A stretch of 64,000 nt of DNA. It comes from Gemmatimonadota bacterium. GTDB lineage: Bacteria > Gemmatimonadota > Gemmatimonadetes > Longimicrobiales > Gaopeijiaceae. Position numbers and translations under genes: made by a program. Shown piece by piece: positions 1-11,000 of the stretch. The notes beneath the pieces are model-generated. The model was not told the origin of the DNA. It was given only the letters and a program-made list of their open reading frames with translations, and did not search any database. Each line of letters starts with the position of its first letter. Positions within the stretch are counted from its first letter, which is position 1. The DNA is taken from contig JADFRS010000002.1 in assembly GCA_022561145.1 (NCBI GenBank), positions 258 through 64,257 on the forward strand, written 5' to 3'.

Positions 1-636
1 ACCGCGCCGGTAGGTGCCCGCATCGGATCGCAATATGCCGGCGCCGAGGCTTGCGAGCGCGCGGCCCAAATGCACGCGCAGTTCCGGGCCTCCGCCGTAG
101 TGCCACAGGTCCGACTCGAACGTTCTGGCGAGGTCGCCACGCCTCACTTCGACGCTGGTCTCGCCCACCCCACCCTCTCCCTGCAGGACCAGCGTCACGT
201 CCGGTGAGACCTTGAAGCGGAGCTCGGGCTGAGCTTGCGCGGTAATCGCGGTATAGGTAAACGGCTCGCCTACTCGGAAGCCGTATCCTGTGACCATCAA
301 TGCCAGCTCGACGGGCGCGGAGGCTCCGAGGATGGCTTCTCCTCCGATAACCAGACTGCCCCAATCGCCTCCCAGCGAGTCCGAGCTGATCCCTCCGAGT
401 ACGCCCGCGAACACTCCCCCGTGCCGGGTCCAGCGATCGACACGCAGTCCAACCGTCAGGTACGTGGAGGCGGGCACGTCGGAGCCTGTCGGCGCGAACG
501 CCCGGGCGGTGCCGATCTCGAGCCGTGCGTCACCCGTTTGCCCGTGGGCCGCGTTCGTTGGTGCCACTAAGGCCGCAGCCAGCACGATCGCCGCTACAAC
601 AGGCCACGAACCGTGCCGACTCGAGAGATCGCGCAT
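1..636 (-). CDS. Secreted/outer-membrane-type hypothetical protein, N-terminal 212 codons (C-terminus lies beyond the left edge)
   Basis: Absent from the ORF track because there is no stop in the window. Hand translation of the minus strand from the ATG at 636 gives MRDLSSRHGSWPVVAAIVLAAALVAPTNAAHGQTGDARLEIGTARAF..., a signal-peptide-like N-terminus. I checked codon by codon that the frame stays open to base 1. It begins 7 nt after the anti-sigma gene stop, so it is probably in the same operon. Confidence 0.5.
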   Translation of the reverse strand, partial: MRDLSSRHGSWPVVAAIVLAAALVAPTNAAHGQTGDARLEIGTARAFAPTGSDVPASTYLTVGLRVDRWTRHGGVFAGVLGGISSDSLGGDWGSLVIGGEAILGASAPVELALMVTGYGFRVGEPFTYTAITAQAQPELRFKVSPDVTLVLQGEGGVGETSVEVRRGDLARTFESDLWHYGGGPELRVHLGRALASLGAGILRSDAGTYRRG

Positions 637-643
637 CAGATCC

Positions 644-1255
644 TCACGTGACCGGCGTTACTGCGAGGACGGCATTTCGATTGCCGAAACCATCGTCTGC
701 GTAGCGCTCGGCGTCGGGGTCGGTCACCCATTCGGTTCCGTCGATCACGAACATGTACTTGTGAACGCCCGGCTGGATCGGCACTCGCCCCGTCCAGATT
801 CCATCCCCATCACGATCTTCCATCACCAGGTCGGTTCGCCAGTCGTTGAAGTCCCCCGCGAGCGCGACGCTGGTGGCGCCCGGCGCCTCGAGCTTGAACT
901 CGACCAGGATGGCCGTTGTGATCACGGCCGGATCGGTCGTTACGCTCTGCGGTTCGCGTGGAAGCAGGAGCACCACCAGGATCGCCGCCGCCGCGAGCGC
1001 GCCCGTCAGAGGTGACATGTGGATCGTCCTCGAACGAAGCAGCCACTGGAGTGCCGTTTCCTTGCTCGCCGGAGCCGGCATCACCGAGACCTCCGTCATC
1101 ACGGCGCCCTCGAGCCACGGGGGAGCGCCCGCCGGCTCACTCTGCTTCATTTCCTGGACCAGCCCGTCCCAGGCGGCCGCCTCGGCCCTCAACTCCGGTG
1201 AGAGTTTCTCGTAGGTCAACTCTCCGTCCAGATAGGCCCTCAAGTCCGGATTCAT
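644..1255 (-). CDS. Membrane-spanning anti-sigma factor with a C-terminal CBM48/AMPK-beta-type glycogen-binding-like domain
   Basis: 203-aa ORF. The N-terminal segment MNPDLRAYLDGELTYEKL... is typical of anti-sigma factors but has no His/Cys zinc ligands. There is one TM helix (LTGALAAAAILVVLLL). The C-terminal VEFKLEAPGATSVALAGDFNDWRTDLVMEDRDGDGIWTGRVPIQPGVHKYMFVIDGTEWVTDP follows the GxFNxW...G.H.YKF.VDG.W pattern of CBM48. Its start overlaps the sigma gene stop (ATGA at 1252-1255). Confidence 0.75.
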   Translation of the reverse strand: MNPDLRAYLDGELTYEKLSPELRAEAAAWDGLVQEMKQSEPAGAPPWLEGAVMTEVSVMPAPASKETALQWLLRSRTIHMSPLTGALAAAAILVVLLLPREPQSVTTDPAVITTAILVEFKLEAPGATSVALAGDFNDWRTDLVMEDRDGDGIWTGRVPIQPGVHKYMFVIDGTEWVTDPDAERYADDGFGNRNAVLAVTPVT

Positions 1256-1803
1256 TGGTACACCTTCAACATGAACTGTAGCTCCTCGCGAGCCCGGAGA
1301 ACGCGCATCTTGAGCGCCGACTTCGAGACCCCGAGCAACTCGGACATTTCGTCATAGGACCGCCCCTCGAGATGTTTGAGCACGAAGGCCTCCCGCTGCT
1401 CTGCGTTGAGCTTTTCCAGCGCTTGTCGGACCGAGGCCCGCATTTCTCCTCGCTCGAGATCATCCGAGGGGTCGGACCGATCGATGACCGTAGCCGACGC
1501 CCCGTCGATCGAGAGGTCGTCGCGCCTGGGGCTCTTGAGAAAGTCCTTACACAGGTTCGACATGATCTGAAAGAGCCATCCGCCGACTTTTTCAGGGTCC
1601 CGGCAGCGGCCCAGCTTCTCGAAGCCGTTCACCAGGGCACGCTGGACGATATCTGCCGCGTCGTCCGCCCGCCCTACCATACGCAGAGCGTGCTGGTAGA
1701 GGGTGTCCTGATAACGACGTACTAGCACACGGTACATCTCTCGGTTTCCTTCCAAGACCGCGCGCACGGCGTCGCCGTCGCTGACGTTCAGCTTGGTGCT
1801 CAT
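1252..1803 (-). CDS. ECF-type RNA polymerase sigma-70 family factor
   Basis: ORF-track entry 1252..1812. The codon at 1812 is TTG, and the ATG at 1803 (MSTKLNVSDGD...) is the more likely start. Region 2 (ADDAADIVQRALVNGFEKL, GGWLFQIMSNLCKDF) and the region 4 HTH (EGRSYDEMSELLGVSKSALKMRVLRAREEL) are both recognisable. Confidence 0.9.
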   Translation of the reverse strand: MSTKLNVSDGDAVRAVLEGNREMYRVLVRRYQDTLYQHALRMVGRADDAADIVQRALVNGFEKLGRCRDPEKVGGWLFQIMSNLCKDFLKSPRRDDLSIDGASATVIDRSDPSDDLERGEMRASVRQALEKLNAEQREAFVLKHLEGRSYDEMSELLGVSKSALKMRVLRAREELQFMLKVYQ

Positions 1804-1875
1804 CGAGTGCAAGTTAACTCGCGGTCCTTGATAAAGACGAGGAAAACATCGGGCGGGTCACATTACGCGAATGCG

Positions 1876-1901
1876 CCCGGGGGAGCGGGTGCTCCCCCGG
1901 G
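1876..1901 (-). terminator. GC-rich hairpin between the lipoprotein gene and the ECF sigma gene (possible terminator or processing site)
   Basis: cccgggggagc-gggt-gctcccccggg forms a perfect 11-bp stem with a 4-nt loop, 32 nt downstream of the stop of the 1933..3030 gene. No U-tract follows, so it is not a canonical intrinsic terminator. Confidence 0.35.
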
Positions 1902-1932
1902 CGGCGTTCCGCTCTCGTGCACCGTCCGTGCG

Positions 1933-3030
1933 TTACCCAGCGATCACGGCGCCCACGACCGCGGCCTTCCAGATCAGGCCGATGCCACGGAGGTTGCCTT
2001 CCTCCAGCTTGGCAATGCCGAGCTCGTAGCTCGCCACTGCGCGGTCGAGCAGCAACTGGAGTGCCTCGTCCGGGGTTGCCGCGAGGGCGGCCCTAGTGGC
2101 CTCCAGCATCTCCTCGGCAAGGTCTTTGATCATGCGCACCTCGTCCTCAGTGACCTCGGGCGCTACCACTGCCCAGAGCGAAGTGTTGACGGCCTTGTGT
2201 CCGAGCATGACCGCGGCGCGGAACCTGCCGGCTTCCAGGGCTTCCGCCGCGCTGGATGCCAAACGTGCGGCTGCCTCCAGCAGGTGAATCTGGCGTTCGC
2301 TCACCTCCCCGCCGCCGATAAGCCCAGAGGCCAGATCTACCGCGTTGTTGGCCATGGCCACCGCCAGGCGGGCCGAAACATCCGTAGCGTGGCCACGGTC
2401 CCGATCACGGTCGTGCTGTCGTCCGCGACTCCGGTCGGTTCGCTGGGCTCCTTCGACCACACGTGCGCCGGCCAGGACGTCATTACCTACACGACGGGCG
2501 TCGATCGCCTGATCCACCAGCTTTCTCAAACGCTCGGCGAGCTCGCCGGGTCGGTCGAAGCTCAGGGTGTCCCCGGCTTGTAGACGGCGGCGCAGGTTAT
2601 CGATCCGTGCGATGCGGTCGTCGATACCCACGGCTCCGCGCTCAGTCACGAGAGACCGGCTGAGGGCCATGCGCGCTGCTTCGCCCAGCACCTGGACCTG
2701 CTCGTAGTTGCCGTTCGAGTACTCCACCTGAGCCATCTGGAACAGGCCGACGGCATCCTGAATCTCGTTCAGGGCTACCGCCGAGGGATTCGGGCCAAGC
2801 TCGGCCTCGACGTCGGCGATCACCGCCATCACGATGTCGGGATCGATGGTCAGTTCGAGGTCCTCGAGCTGCACCGTGGGATCCGGAAACTCTTCAAACT
2901 CTTCGAACTCGTCGAAGGCGGGGCTTGTGGCCACGTCTGCGCAGCCGGTCAGATAAAACGCTCCCCACAAGAGGAAGAGCAGCATCAGGAAGCCGGAGCC
3001 TCCACCACTTGAACTCGGTGACCTATACAT
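1933..3030 (-). CDS. Hypothetical, mostly alpha-helical lipoprotein
   Basis: ORF 1933..3240. The internal ATG at 3030 gives MYRSPSSSGGGSGFLMLLFLLWGAFYLTGCADV..., with a lipobox LTGC. It also removes the overlap with divergent pepP. An acidic linker follows (FDEFEEFEEFPDP), then long Ala/Leu/Arg-rich helical sequence. I recognised no family. Confidence 0.6.
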   Translation of the reverse strand: MYRSPSSSGGGSGFLMLLFLLWGAFYLTGCADVATSPAFDEFEEFEEFPDPTVQLEDLELTIDPDIVMAVIADVEAELGPNPSAVALNEIQDAVGLFQMAQVEYSNGNYEQVQVLGEAARMALSRSLVTERGAVGIDDRIARIDNLRRRLQAGDTLSFDRPGELAERLRKLVDQAIDARRVGNDVLAGARVVEGAQRTDRSRGRQHDRDRDRGHATDVSARLAVAMANNAVDLASGLIGGGEVSERQIHLLEAAARLASSAAEALEAGRFRAAVMLGHKAVNTSLWAVVAPEVTEDEVRMIKDLAEEMLEATRAALAATPDEALQLLLDRAVASYELGIAKLEEGNLRGIGLIWKAAVVGAVIAG

Positions 3031-3221
3031 CGTTGTTCTCCTGTCAAAAGAGTCGCAGCCTTCTTGGGGCTGGGTACTAGACGAACGATTCCCAGGGCAG
3101 GTCACATCCGTGTTGGGAAACAGGGCGGCTATCCTGTAACGGTGAGGTTTTCTACCTTTCCGCGGACGGCGTTTCGGACGTCGTTGCTTGCCGGATTCCA
3201 TCCACTGAGCCGGAGAGGCGC

Positions 3222-4562
3222 GTGAGCGAGACGGACGCAAGAATGCTGGGCTTCCCGCCCGAAGTGTTCGCGCAGCGCCGCGAGCGCATTCTGGGGAGCC
3301 TGGGGAAGGGTGTAATGGTGCTCCCGGCGGCTCCCACGCTGTACCGATCCGGGGACGTCGAGCTGCGCTATCGGCCCGACAGTGAGCTCTTTTACGTGTC
3401 GGGACTGACCGAGCCCGAGGCCGTCGCTGTGTTGAGTGGAGAAGGTGAATCGGAGCGATTCACGCTCTTCGTGAGTGCTCGGGACGCCGACGCCGAACTG
3501 TGGAGCGGTGCCCGTCTAGGCCCGGAGAAAGCCAAGGAGATCTTTGGCGCAGATGCCTCCTACCCGATCGACGATCTCGAGACGCGACTCCCCGCCTTAT
3601 TGGATGGCCCGGACCGCGTTTTCTTTCGGTTGGGGCATCGGGGCCCGACGCAGGCGCTCGTCCTTGCAGCCTTGGCGCGGGCACGGCTGAAGGGCCCACG
3701 TCGTGGGGCGGGACCGCGAGCGATCGTCGACCCTGGCGTCGTACTGGACGATCTCAGGCTGGTGAAGGATGAGCACGAGGTCGATCGAATCCGCCGGGCG
3801 GCCGAGTTGAGCGTGGCAGCGTTCCGTGTCGCGCTGGCGGCGGTGCGCCCCGGCCTGGGTGAATGGGAGCTGGAAAGCTTGATCGATCACGCATTCCGGA
3901 CCGGTGGGGGAGCAGGGCCGGCATACCCTACCATCGTCGGGTCGGGGACAAACGCATGTGTGCTCCATTATGTGGACAACCACTGCAACATTGGGGATGG
4001 AGACCTCGTCCTGGTGGATGCCGGCGCCGAGGTCGACATGTATGCAGCGGACATCACGCGCACGTTCCCAGCTTCCGGCAGCTTCTCTGGGATTCAACGA
4101 GCCGTCTACGAGATCGTGGCCCGGGCAAACCGGGCGGCCGTGGAGGCCGTCGCGCCGGGATCGACCGTTGGGGACGTTCACTCGGCCGGACTCGACGTTC
4201 TCGTGGAGGGGCTGACCGAGCTGAACGTACTTGAGGGCGAGGCCGCCACCCTGATCGAGGAGGAGGGCTACAAGCCGTACTTCCCGCATCGGACGTCACA
4301 CTGGCTGGGGCTCGATGTTCACGACGTCGGTGATTATGCACGCGACGCCGAATCGCGGATTCTCGAGCCTGGCATGGTGCTCACGGTAGAGCCTGGCCTT
4401 TATTTCCGGCCCGACCTCACGGAAACGTCGGGCAGTGGCGCCGAGTTGTCGGGCATCGGCGTTCGCGTAGAAGATGACGTTCTCGTGACCGTGGACGGCC
4501 ATGAGATTCTCACAGGTGACCTGCCGGTGGCGGCCGAGGAGATCGAGGGGTTGATCGGATGA
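3222..4562 (+). CDS. pepP: Xaa-Pro aminopeptidase (peptidase M24B)
   Basis: 446 aa with a GTG start. The M24B metal-ligand blocks are present: DGDLVLVDAGAEVDMYAADITRTFP, HRTSHWLGLDVHDVG, VLTVEPGLYF, GIGVRVEDDVLVT. The N-terminal creatinase/AMP_N-like region is also present. Confidence 0.9.
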   Translation: MSETDARMLGFPPEVFAQRRERILGSLGKGVMVLPAAPTLYRSGDVELRYRPDSELFYVSGLTEPEAVAVLSGEGESERFTLFVSARDADAELWSGARLGPEKAKEIFGADASYPIDDLETRLPALLDGPDRVFFRLGHRGPTQALVLAALARARLKGPRRGAGPRAIVDPGVVLDDLRLVKDEHEVDRIRRAAELSVAAFRVALAAVRPGLGEWELESLIDHAFRTGGGAGPAYPTIVGSGTNACVLHYVDNHCNIGDGDLVLVDAGAEVDMYAADITRTFPASGSFSGIQRAVYEIVARANRAAVEAVAPGSTVGDVHSAGLDVLVEGLTELNVLEGEAATLIEEEGYKPYFPHRTSHWLGLDVHDVGDYARDAESRILEPGMVLTVEPGLYFRPDLTETSGSGAELSGIGVRVEDDVLVTVDGHEILTGDLPVAAEEIEGLIG

Positions 4563-4638
4563 CGAGGCAGGCAACTCGGTGAGCCGCCCACTTCCTGGCG
4601 CCTGGAAGCCCCTCAGGTGGAATGAGGGCGACGACTTG

Positions 4639-5475
4639 ATGAGCCGACTTCGCGGGCCCGGCCCACTGGTCACGGTCGAGCTTCGTCCGCCCCCCAGTGA
4701 CTTGGGGTATGCGAGCGGCGTCGATGCCTGGATCGACCTCCACCACTCGATATCGCGGCTGGCCAAGAGTAACGTGTTCGTGTTCCTGACGGATGACGCC
4801 GTGGGAGCGCGGGAGGAGGAGAACCTCGGCCACCTCGCGTCTAACCTCGGACATGACGTGCCGTTCTCGCAGTTGGTACCGTTCCTCACCAGTAAGCACG
4901 AACTGGAGTACTGCCTCAAGTATGCGGAACGCGCGGACGCGTTGGGATTCAAAGCCCTCGCCGTGCTCGGAGGGGATCAGAACCCGGGCCTGCCCCGCTG
5001 CTTCCCTCACGCCTTCCAACTGCGGCAGCGGATTCGCCAGCACCTCCCCAAGATGCTTCTCGGCGGCTGGGCCAACCCTCATAGGGACGCATCGGAGCAG
5101 GTCGAGTTCGTAGCGGACCGCGGGTTCTGCGCAGATTTCTATCTGACACAGGTGGTCTCACACCACAGCATCCAAGCGGTGGAGGCCTTTCTCCAAGAGG
5201 CTGGGCGCCAGAGGGTCGAGATTCCCGGAGTCTTCGGCGTATTCTATTACCGGAGCGCGCGCCCGGAAACGCTCGAACGGCTCGGGCGGTTCTTCCCGGT
5301 GCCGTCAGCCGAGATCACCCATGATTTCGATTCCGGGCTGTCACCGGAGGATATTTGTGCGCGCACGATCAAGGCTCTCAGGAAGGTGGGAGCCGACAAG
5401 ATCTATGTGAGCAACCTGGGCCAAAAGGGCGTCGAGGCCCGGCTAGAGCGGATTCTTCAACGGGTCGGATTGTGA
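4639..5475 (+). CDS. Divergent methylenetetrahydrofolate reductase (MetF/MTHFR)-like TIM-barrel protein
   Basis: ORF 4579..5475, with a likely ATG at 4639 (MSRLRGPGPLVTVELRPPP...). The blocks VTVELRPPP, VFVFLTDDAVG, VPFLTSKH and KALAVLGGDQNPG are collinear with the MetF blocks (sFEFFPP, vsVT, HLTCrd, iLALRGD) but diverge from them. The canonical CRD motif is absent. Confidence 0.5.
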   Translation: MSRLRGPGPLVTVELRPPPSDLGYASGVDAWIDLHHSISRLAKSNVFVFLTDDAVGAREEENLGHLASNLGHDVPFSQLVPFLTSKHELEYCLKYAERADALGFKALAVLGGDQNPGLPRCFPHAFQLRQRIRQHLPKMLLGGWANPHRDASEQVEFVADRGFCADFYLTQVVSHHSIQAVEAFLQEAGRQRVEIPGVFGVFYYRSARPETLERLGRFFPVPSAEITHDFDSGLSPEDICARTIKALRKVGADKIYVSNLGQKGVEARLERILQRVGL

Positions 5476-6173
5476 TCAGGAACGCGCTCTTGGCTGTGCT
5501 GGTATTGCCGGCTGTGGCGGGCGCGCAGACCATCGACGGCGTTCTTGTGGATGCTCAGAGTGGCAGGGTGATCCCGCGCGCCACCGTGGTCCTGTTCGGC
5601 GAGGGGGATCAGCCGGTCGATTCGGCCCGAACCAGTGAACGTGGGCGTTTTACTCTCAACGGTCCGGGTCCAGGCAGCTACATGATCAGCGCCGTTCGGG
5701 ACGGCTATGCGGGGATCCTCTCCAACTCGATCTCGCTCGTGGAGGGCGAGACGGTGAGCTACCGCATGGAGGTTCCACCACTTTCGATGGCCAACATGAG
5801 GCAGATGTCCGAGGTCTTGAAAACCAATCAGCGCCTGGCGCAGGGCCTCTCGGAGGCGTGCGCCGGCCGCATGAACCCGATCGATGGCGGCGTTCTGCTC
5901 GGTGTGGTACGGGGTGGGCGAGAGCGCCGGCCTATCGCCGGTGCCAAGGCGATACTTCATGTGGCATCAGGCCCTGGAGTCGCCCGCGACAGTACGCTTG
6001 CGGCCGTCACGGACGGCCAGGGCGCGTACCTGTTGTGTTTCGTGCCGGCCGGTGAGTCCGTCAGAATGACCGTAGAGGCAGAAGGGTGGCGGTCCTCCAC
6101 TCAGTCGGTTCAGGTCGTGCGTGGCACGATCAGTTGGTATGACTTCGACCTGAGGCGGGCGTCAGGAGGCTAG
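5472..6173 (+). CDS. Secreted protein with two carboxypeptidase-regulatory-like (CarboxypepD_reg) beta-sandwich domains
   Basis: In-frame GTG at 5472 overlaps the upstream stop (GTGA) and gives the signal peptide VIRNALLAVLVLPAVAGAQT. The pattern IDGVLVDAQSGRVIPRATVVLFGE...RTSERGRFTLNGPGPGSYMISAVRDGY recurs in the C-terminal half (GVVRGG...GAKAILHV...TDGQGAYLLCFVPAGESVRMTVEAEGW). Confidence 0.6.
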   Translation: MIRNALLAVLVLPAVAGAQTIDGVLVDAQSGRVIPRATVVLFGEGDQPVDSARTSERGRFTLNGPGPGSYMISAVRDGYAGILSNSISLVEGETVSYRMEVPPLSMANMRQMSEVLKTNQRLAQGLSEACAGRMNPIDGGVLLGVVRGGRERRPIAGAKAILHVASGPGVARDSTLAAVTDGQGAYLLCFVPAGESVRMTVEAEGWRSSTQSVQVVRGTISWYDFDLRRASGG

Positions 6174-8044
6174 GCAGGGCCTAGAGCCGCCTGCACCACC
6201 CGAAGTGCCGCATCCACGTCGCCGCTGGGCGCGGTTACGTGAATCCCTTGGACGAGTCCGCGCACGGCTTCCAAGGCCTCGAGGGCGATGCTGATGCCCG
6301 CCTCGCGGGCGGATTCGCCATCATGCGCCTCGGCTTCCGCCATGCGCTGCAGCACGGCGTCGGGCACGGCCACTCCAGGCACTTCGTTGGCGAGGAACTC
6401 CGCGTTGCGTAGGGACGTGAGGGGCCACAGTCCCACGATGATAGGAATGGTCCGCGCAGCCGTGCGCTCCAGGAAACGCTCGAGAGCTTCGGCGTCGAAC
6501 AGGGGCTGAGTTATCGCGAAGTCGGCCCCGGCGTCGACCTTCCAGGCGAAACGACCGGCCTCTCGGTCCGGATCCGCTGCGGCCGGGTTGACCGCGACAC
6601 CCACGACGAATCGTGTGGGCTCGCCGATCGAATTTCCGCCGGGATCCACTCCGCGGTTGAGACCGCGAACCACGTTGGTGAGGCCGATGGAGTCGATATC
6701 GAACACCGAGGTGGCGTCCCGGTACGGGCCCATGGGTGGCGGATCGCCGGTGACCAACAGAACGTTCCGGATGCCGCCTGCCGTCGCACCCAGGAGATCG
6801 CTGATCATGCTCATCATATTGCGGTCACGGCAGCGGTAGTGGACGAGTGTCTCGATTCCCGCTCGTTCTTGGATGATCAACGCCGCGGGGATTGCGCTCA
6901 TGCGGCTCTTCGACCGGCTGCTGTCGAGGACGGCCATGGCATCGACCCCTGCATCACGAATGCGCTCCGCGTCGGCAATCAGGTCACTCGAGTCCCATCC
7001 TCGGGGAGGCAGGATCTCCACAGTCGTGACCATGTGGCCACTGGCTAGCTTCGCTCCCCATTTGGAGCGGTCGGCGAGCGGGACCTGCGGGTACGACTCC
7101 ACAATGTTGCTCGTGGTGAGCCCCGAAGCGTCCACGGCGGCCGGTGGCTGAGCGCCTTCCACGAACTCTTTGATTCGCCGCGTGTGCTCGGGTGTGGTCC
7201 CACAGCAGCCGCCCACAAAGCGGGCGCCTGCCTCGATCATGCGGCGGGCGTACTGAGCCATGTATTCGGGACTGGCCAAGTAGATTTTCCGGTCTCCGAC
7301 CTCCCGTGGCAGGCCGGCGTTCGGCTGCGCGGAAAGCGGCGTGTCGGTCACCCGCGCCATCTGGTCGATGGCATCCAGGAGGATGGCCGGACCCACCGAG
7401 CAGTTCACGCCGATGACTTCCGCTCCCCAACCCGTGACCTCCGCGGCAACCGCGTCGGGCGCGGTGCCGTAGGATGTGCGCCCGTCCTCTCCGATCGTGA
7501 TTTGGCAGAAGATCGGGATCCCGGAGAGTTGCCGGGTGGCGAGAAAGGCCTGATGCAACTCGTTCAAGTCGCTGAACGTCTCGAGGATGATCCCGTCCAC
7601 CCCCCCCTCGACCAACCCCGTGAGTTGGCGCGTGAAGATGGCTTGAGCCTCGCCGCGCGAAGTGGGGCCGAAGGGCTCGATGCGAACCCCCAGGGGACCG
7701 ACCGCCCCCAGGACGTGAGCCCGAACACCTGCGGCTCGCCGCGCTATCGCGACGGCAACCCGGTTGATCTCTTCGGTCTTGGCCTCCAGGCCGAAGCTGG
7801 ACAGTTTGACCGGGTTAGCCCCGAATGTGTTGGTCTCGATGATCTCGGCGCCGGCTTGCACGTACTCACGGTGGACGCACTCGACGAGGTCTGCATCGTT
7901 GAGATTCAACTCGTCGTAACACACGTTGACGAACACGCCCTTGGTGTACAGCAGCGTGCCCATCGCTCCGTCCAGGACGTGCACGCGCCTGTCTTGGATG
8001 AGCTCAAGCAGCGAGCCGGGTTCCCGGCGAGAGACCTCGCTCAT
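6170..8044 (-). CDS. Bifunctional homocysteine S-methyltransferase / 5,10-methylenetetrahydrofolate reductase (YitJ-type fusion)
   Basis: 624 aa. The N-terminal half has the Hcy-methyltransferase motifs ([31 protein letters not shown]). The C-terminal half has the MTHFR motifs ([27 protein letters not shown]). Its start overlaps the metH stop by 4 nt (8041-8044). Confidence 0.85.
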   Translation of the reverse strand: MSEVSRREPGSLLELIQDRRVHVLDGAMGTLLYTKGVFVNVCYDELNLNDADLVECVHREYVQAGAEIIETNTFGANPVKLSSFGLEAKTEEINRVAVAIARRAAGVRAHVLGAVGPLGVRIEPFGPTSRGEAQAIFTRQLTGLVEGGVDGIILETFSDLNELHQAFLATRQLSGIPIFCQITIGEDGRTSYGTAPDAVAAEVTGWGAEVIGVNCSVGPAILLDAIDQMARVTDTPLSAQPNAGLPREVGDRKIYLASPEYMAQYARRMIEAGARFVGGCCGTTPEHTRRIKEFVEGAQPPAAVDASGLTTSNIVESYPQVPLADRSKWGAKLASGHMVTTVEILPPRGWDSSDLIADAERIRDAGVDAMAVLDSSRSKSRMSAIPAALIIQERAGIETLVHYRCRDRNMMSMISDLLGATAGGIRNVLLVTGDPPPMGPYRDATSVFDIDSIGLTNVVRGLNRGVDPGGNSIGEPTRFVVGVAVNPAAADPDREAGRFAWKVDAGADFAITQPLFDAEALERFLERTAARTIPIIVGLWPLTSLRNAEFLANEVPGVAVPDAVLQRMAEAEAHDGESAREAGISIALEALEAVRGLVQGIHVTAPSGDVDAALRVVQAALGPA

Positions 8045-11000
8045 CGATCGTTCTCCGGATCATAGGCGAGGCTGGGTGCCAGCCAACGCTCGACTTCATG
8101 TACGGGCACCCCTCCTCGGTCGGCATAGTCCGCGACCTGGTCCCTCCCGATCCGGCCCACGCCGAAGTAGTGTGCATCAGGGTGGGAGAAATACCACCCG
8201 GCCACCGACGCGGCCGGGGTCATCGCGAACGATTCGGTGAGAGCGACGCCGGTAGCCTTTGTCGCGTCCAGTAGCTCGAACAGGATGGCCTTCTCAGAGT
8301 GGTCGGGGCAGGCCGGATACCCCGGCGCGGGGCGAATTCCACGATACCGCTCAGCCTTGAGGCCCTCTTTGTCGAGCTTCTCGTCGGATGAATAGGCCCA
8401 AAACTCGGTCCGAACTCGCTGGTGCATCCTCTCGGCCATCGCTTCGGCAAGGCGGTCCGCCAGCGCCTTGGCCAGGATGGCCGAGTAGTCATCGCCGGAA
8501 GCCTCCATGCCCGCTACCAGCGTGTCGAGTCCGTGGCCGGCGGTCACCACGAACGCTCCGATGTGGTCTTCCTTACCAGAACCCTCTGGCGCCACGAAGT
8601 CGGACAGGCAGACGTTGGCCTTTCCTTCGGCCTTCCGAAACTGCTGGCGCAGCCCGCGCAGCACCGCGGCAGGATCCCCACCGTAACCATTTCCGTAGAC
8701 CGCGATGTCGTCTTCGCCCAGCCGCCCGGCAGGGAAGATGCCCACCACGGCCCGCGCGGTGAGCAACCCGTCCGAGACAATGCGTTCGAGCATTTCATTC
8801 GCGTCCGCCCACAGGCTTCGAGCGGCTTCGCCGGTCACTTCGTCTGCCAGTATAGAGGGGTAGCTTCCCTTCAACTCCCAGGCATGGAAGAACGGCGTCC
8901 AATCGATGTACTCGACCAATTCCCCGAGCGGGTAGTCGTCGAACACCTTTACCCCCAGGAGGGCGGGGCGCGGGGGGTCGTAGGCGTCCCAGTCCAACGG
9001 GACACTGTTGTCACGGGCCTCGCGCAGCGTGATAAGGGCACTCTTGTCACGACGGGCGGAGTGGGCGGCGCGTTCCCGCTCGTACTCGGCCTGGACGCCG
9101 GCGATGAACTCCTCATACTTGGCTTTGTCGAGAAGGCTGCGCACCACACCGACGCACCGCGATGCGTCGGGCACGTAGACCGTCGGCCCACTATAGTTGC
9201 CCGCGATCTTCACCGCCGTGTGGCGCCGTGAGGTCGTGGCGCCGCCGATCAGTAGCGGAATCTGGAAGTCGTTGCGCTCCATCTCCGAAGCGACGTGCAC
9301 CATGTGTGCGAGAGAGGGCGTGATGAGGCCGGACAGCCCTATCATATCGACCTCCTCGGCCAAAGCCGTTTCCAGGATGCGCTCCGTGGGGACCATGACC
9401 CCGAGGTCCACCACCTCGAAGCCGTTACACTGGAGCACGACGCCCACGATGTTCTTGCCGATGTCGTGCACGTCACCCTTTACGGTCGCCATCAGCACCT
9501 TTGGGGCCGACCCCGCTCCCTCGCTCTTTTCGGCCTCCAGGAACGGGGTCAAATAGGCTACGGCTCGCTTCATCACGCGCGCGCTCTTGACCACCTGCGG
9601 CAGGAACATCCGGCCCGCCCCGAACCGGTCTCCCACCACGTTCATCCCGTCCATGAGCGGGCCTTCGATGACCTCCAACGCCCGGTCACGCGCGGCCCGC
9701 GCCTCCTCGACATCCTCCTCGATGAAGTCGGTGACACCTTCTACGAGCGCGTATTCGAGACGCTTCTCGACTGGCTGGTCGCGCCATTCCAGGCTCGCTT
9801 CGAGGCGCTCCTCGGTTCCCGCCAGTGCTTCCGCGCGGGCTGTCAGCCGCTCCGTCGCGTCCGGCCGACGATCGAACAGTACGTCCTCGACCGCTTCGAG
9901 AAGCCCCGGCTCGATGTCGTCGTAAACGGGCAGCGCTCCGGCATTGATGATCGCCATGTCCAGCCCGGCCTGGATGGCATGGTAGAGGAAGGCCGCGTGC
10001 ATGGCTTCCCTCACGATGGGGCTTCCCCGGAAGGAGAACGAGATATTGCTGAGTCCGCCGCTCACACGCGTGTGGGGCAGCTCGGCCTTGATTCGACGGG
10101 TCGCCTCGATGAACGCGATCGCGTACCCCCGGTGCTCCTCGATGCCGGTGGCTACCGCAAAGATGTTGGGGTCGAAGATGATGTCCGTGGGGTCGAATCC
10201 AACCTCCTCGGTCAGGATTCTGTAGGCCCGTTTGCAGATTGCGACCTTTCGATCGACGGTGTCGGCCTGCCCCTCCTCGTCGAAGGCCATGACGATAGCT
10301 GCCGCGCCATAGCGCCGGACCAGTTCAGCCCTGTGGCGGAAGGTCTCCTCGCCATCCTTGAGGCTGATCGAGTTGACGATGCACTTGCCCTGCACGCAGC
10401 GCAGCCCGGCCTCGATCACGTTCCAATCCGACGAATCGATCACGATTGGAATGCGGGAGATGTCGGGCTCGGAGGCGATCAGGTTGAGGAAACGCGTCAT
10501 CGCGTCGGCGGAGTCGAGAAGTCCTTCGTCCATGTTTACGTCGAGCATTTGGGCGCCGCCCGTTACCTGATCACGCGCCACGCCGAGAGCTTCCTCGTAC
10601 AGGTCGTCGGTGATCAGGCGGCGAAACCGCTTCGATCCCGTCACGTTCGTTCGTTCGCCGATGTTGGCGAACAGCGAATCAGGCCCGAGTTCGAGAGGCT
10701 CGAGCCCCGAGAGTCTCAGACGGGGAGGCACCTTGGGTACGTCTCGCGGAGCCAGCCCCGCAACGGCATCCGCGATAGCCTCCACATGCTCTGGAGTTGT
10801 GCCGCAGCATCCCCCGACGATGTTCACGAAGCCGCTCTCCGCGAACTCCCGAATGATCCCCGACGTGACCTCCGCGGTCTCTTCGTACTCACCGAAGGCG
10901 TTCGGAAGACCAGCGTTCGGATGACAGCTCACGGGAAGCTCGGCCACGCGTGCCAACTCTTCCACATGGGGTCGGAGTTGCTCAGCGCCCAGCGCACAGT

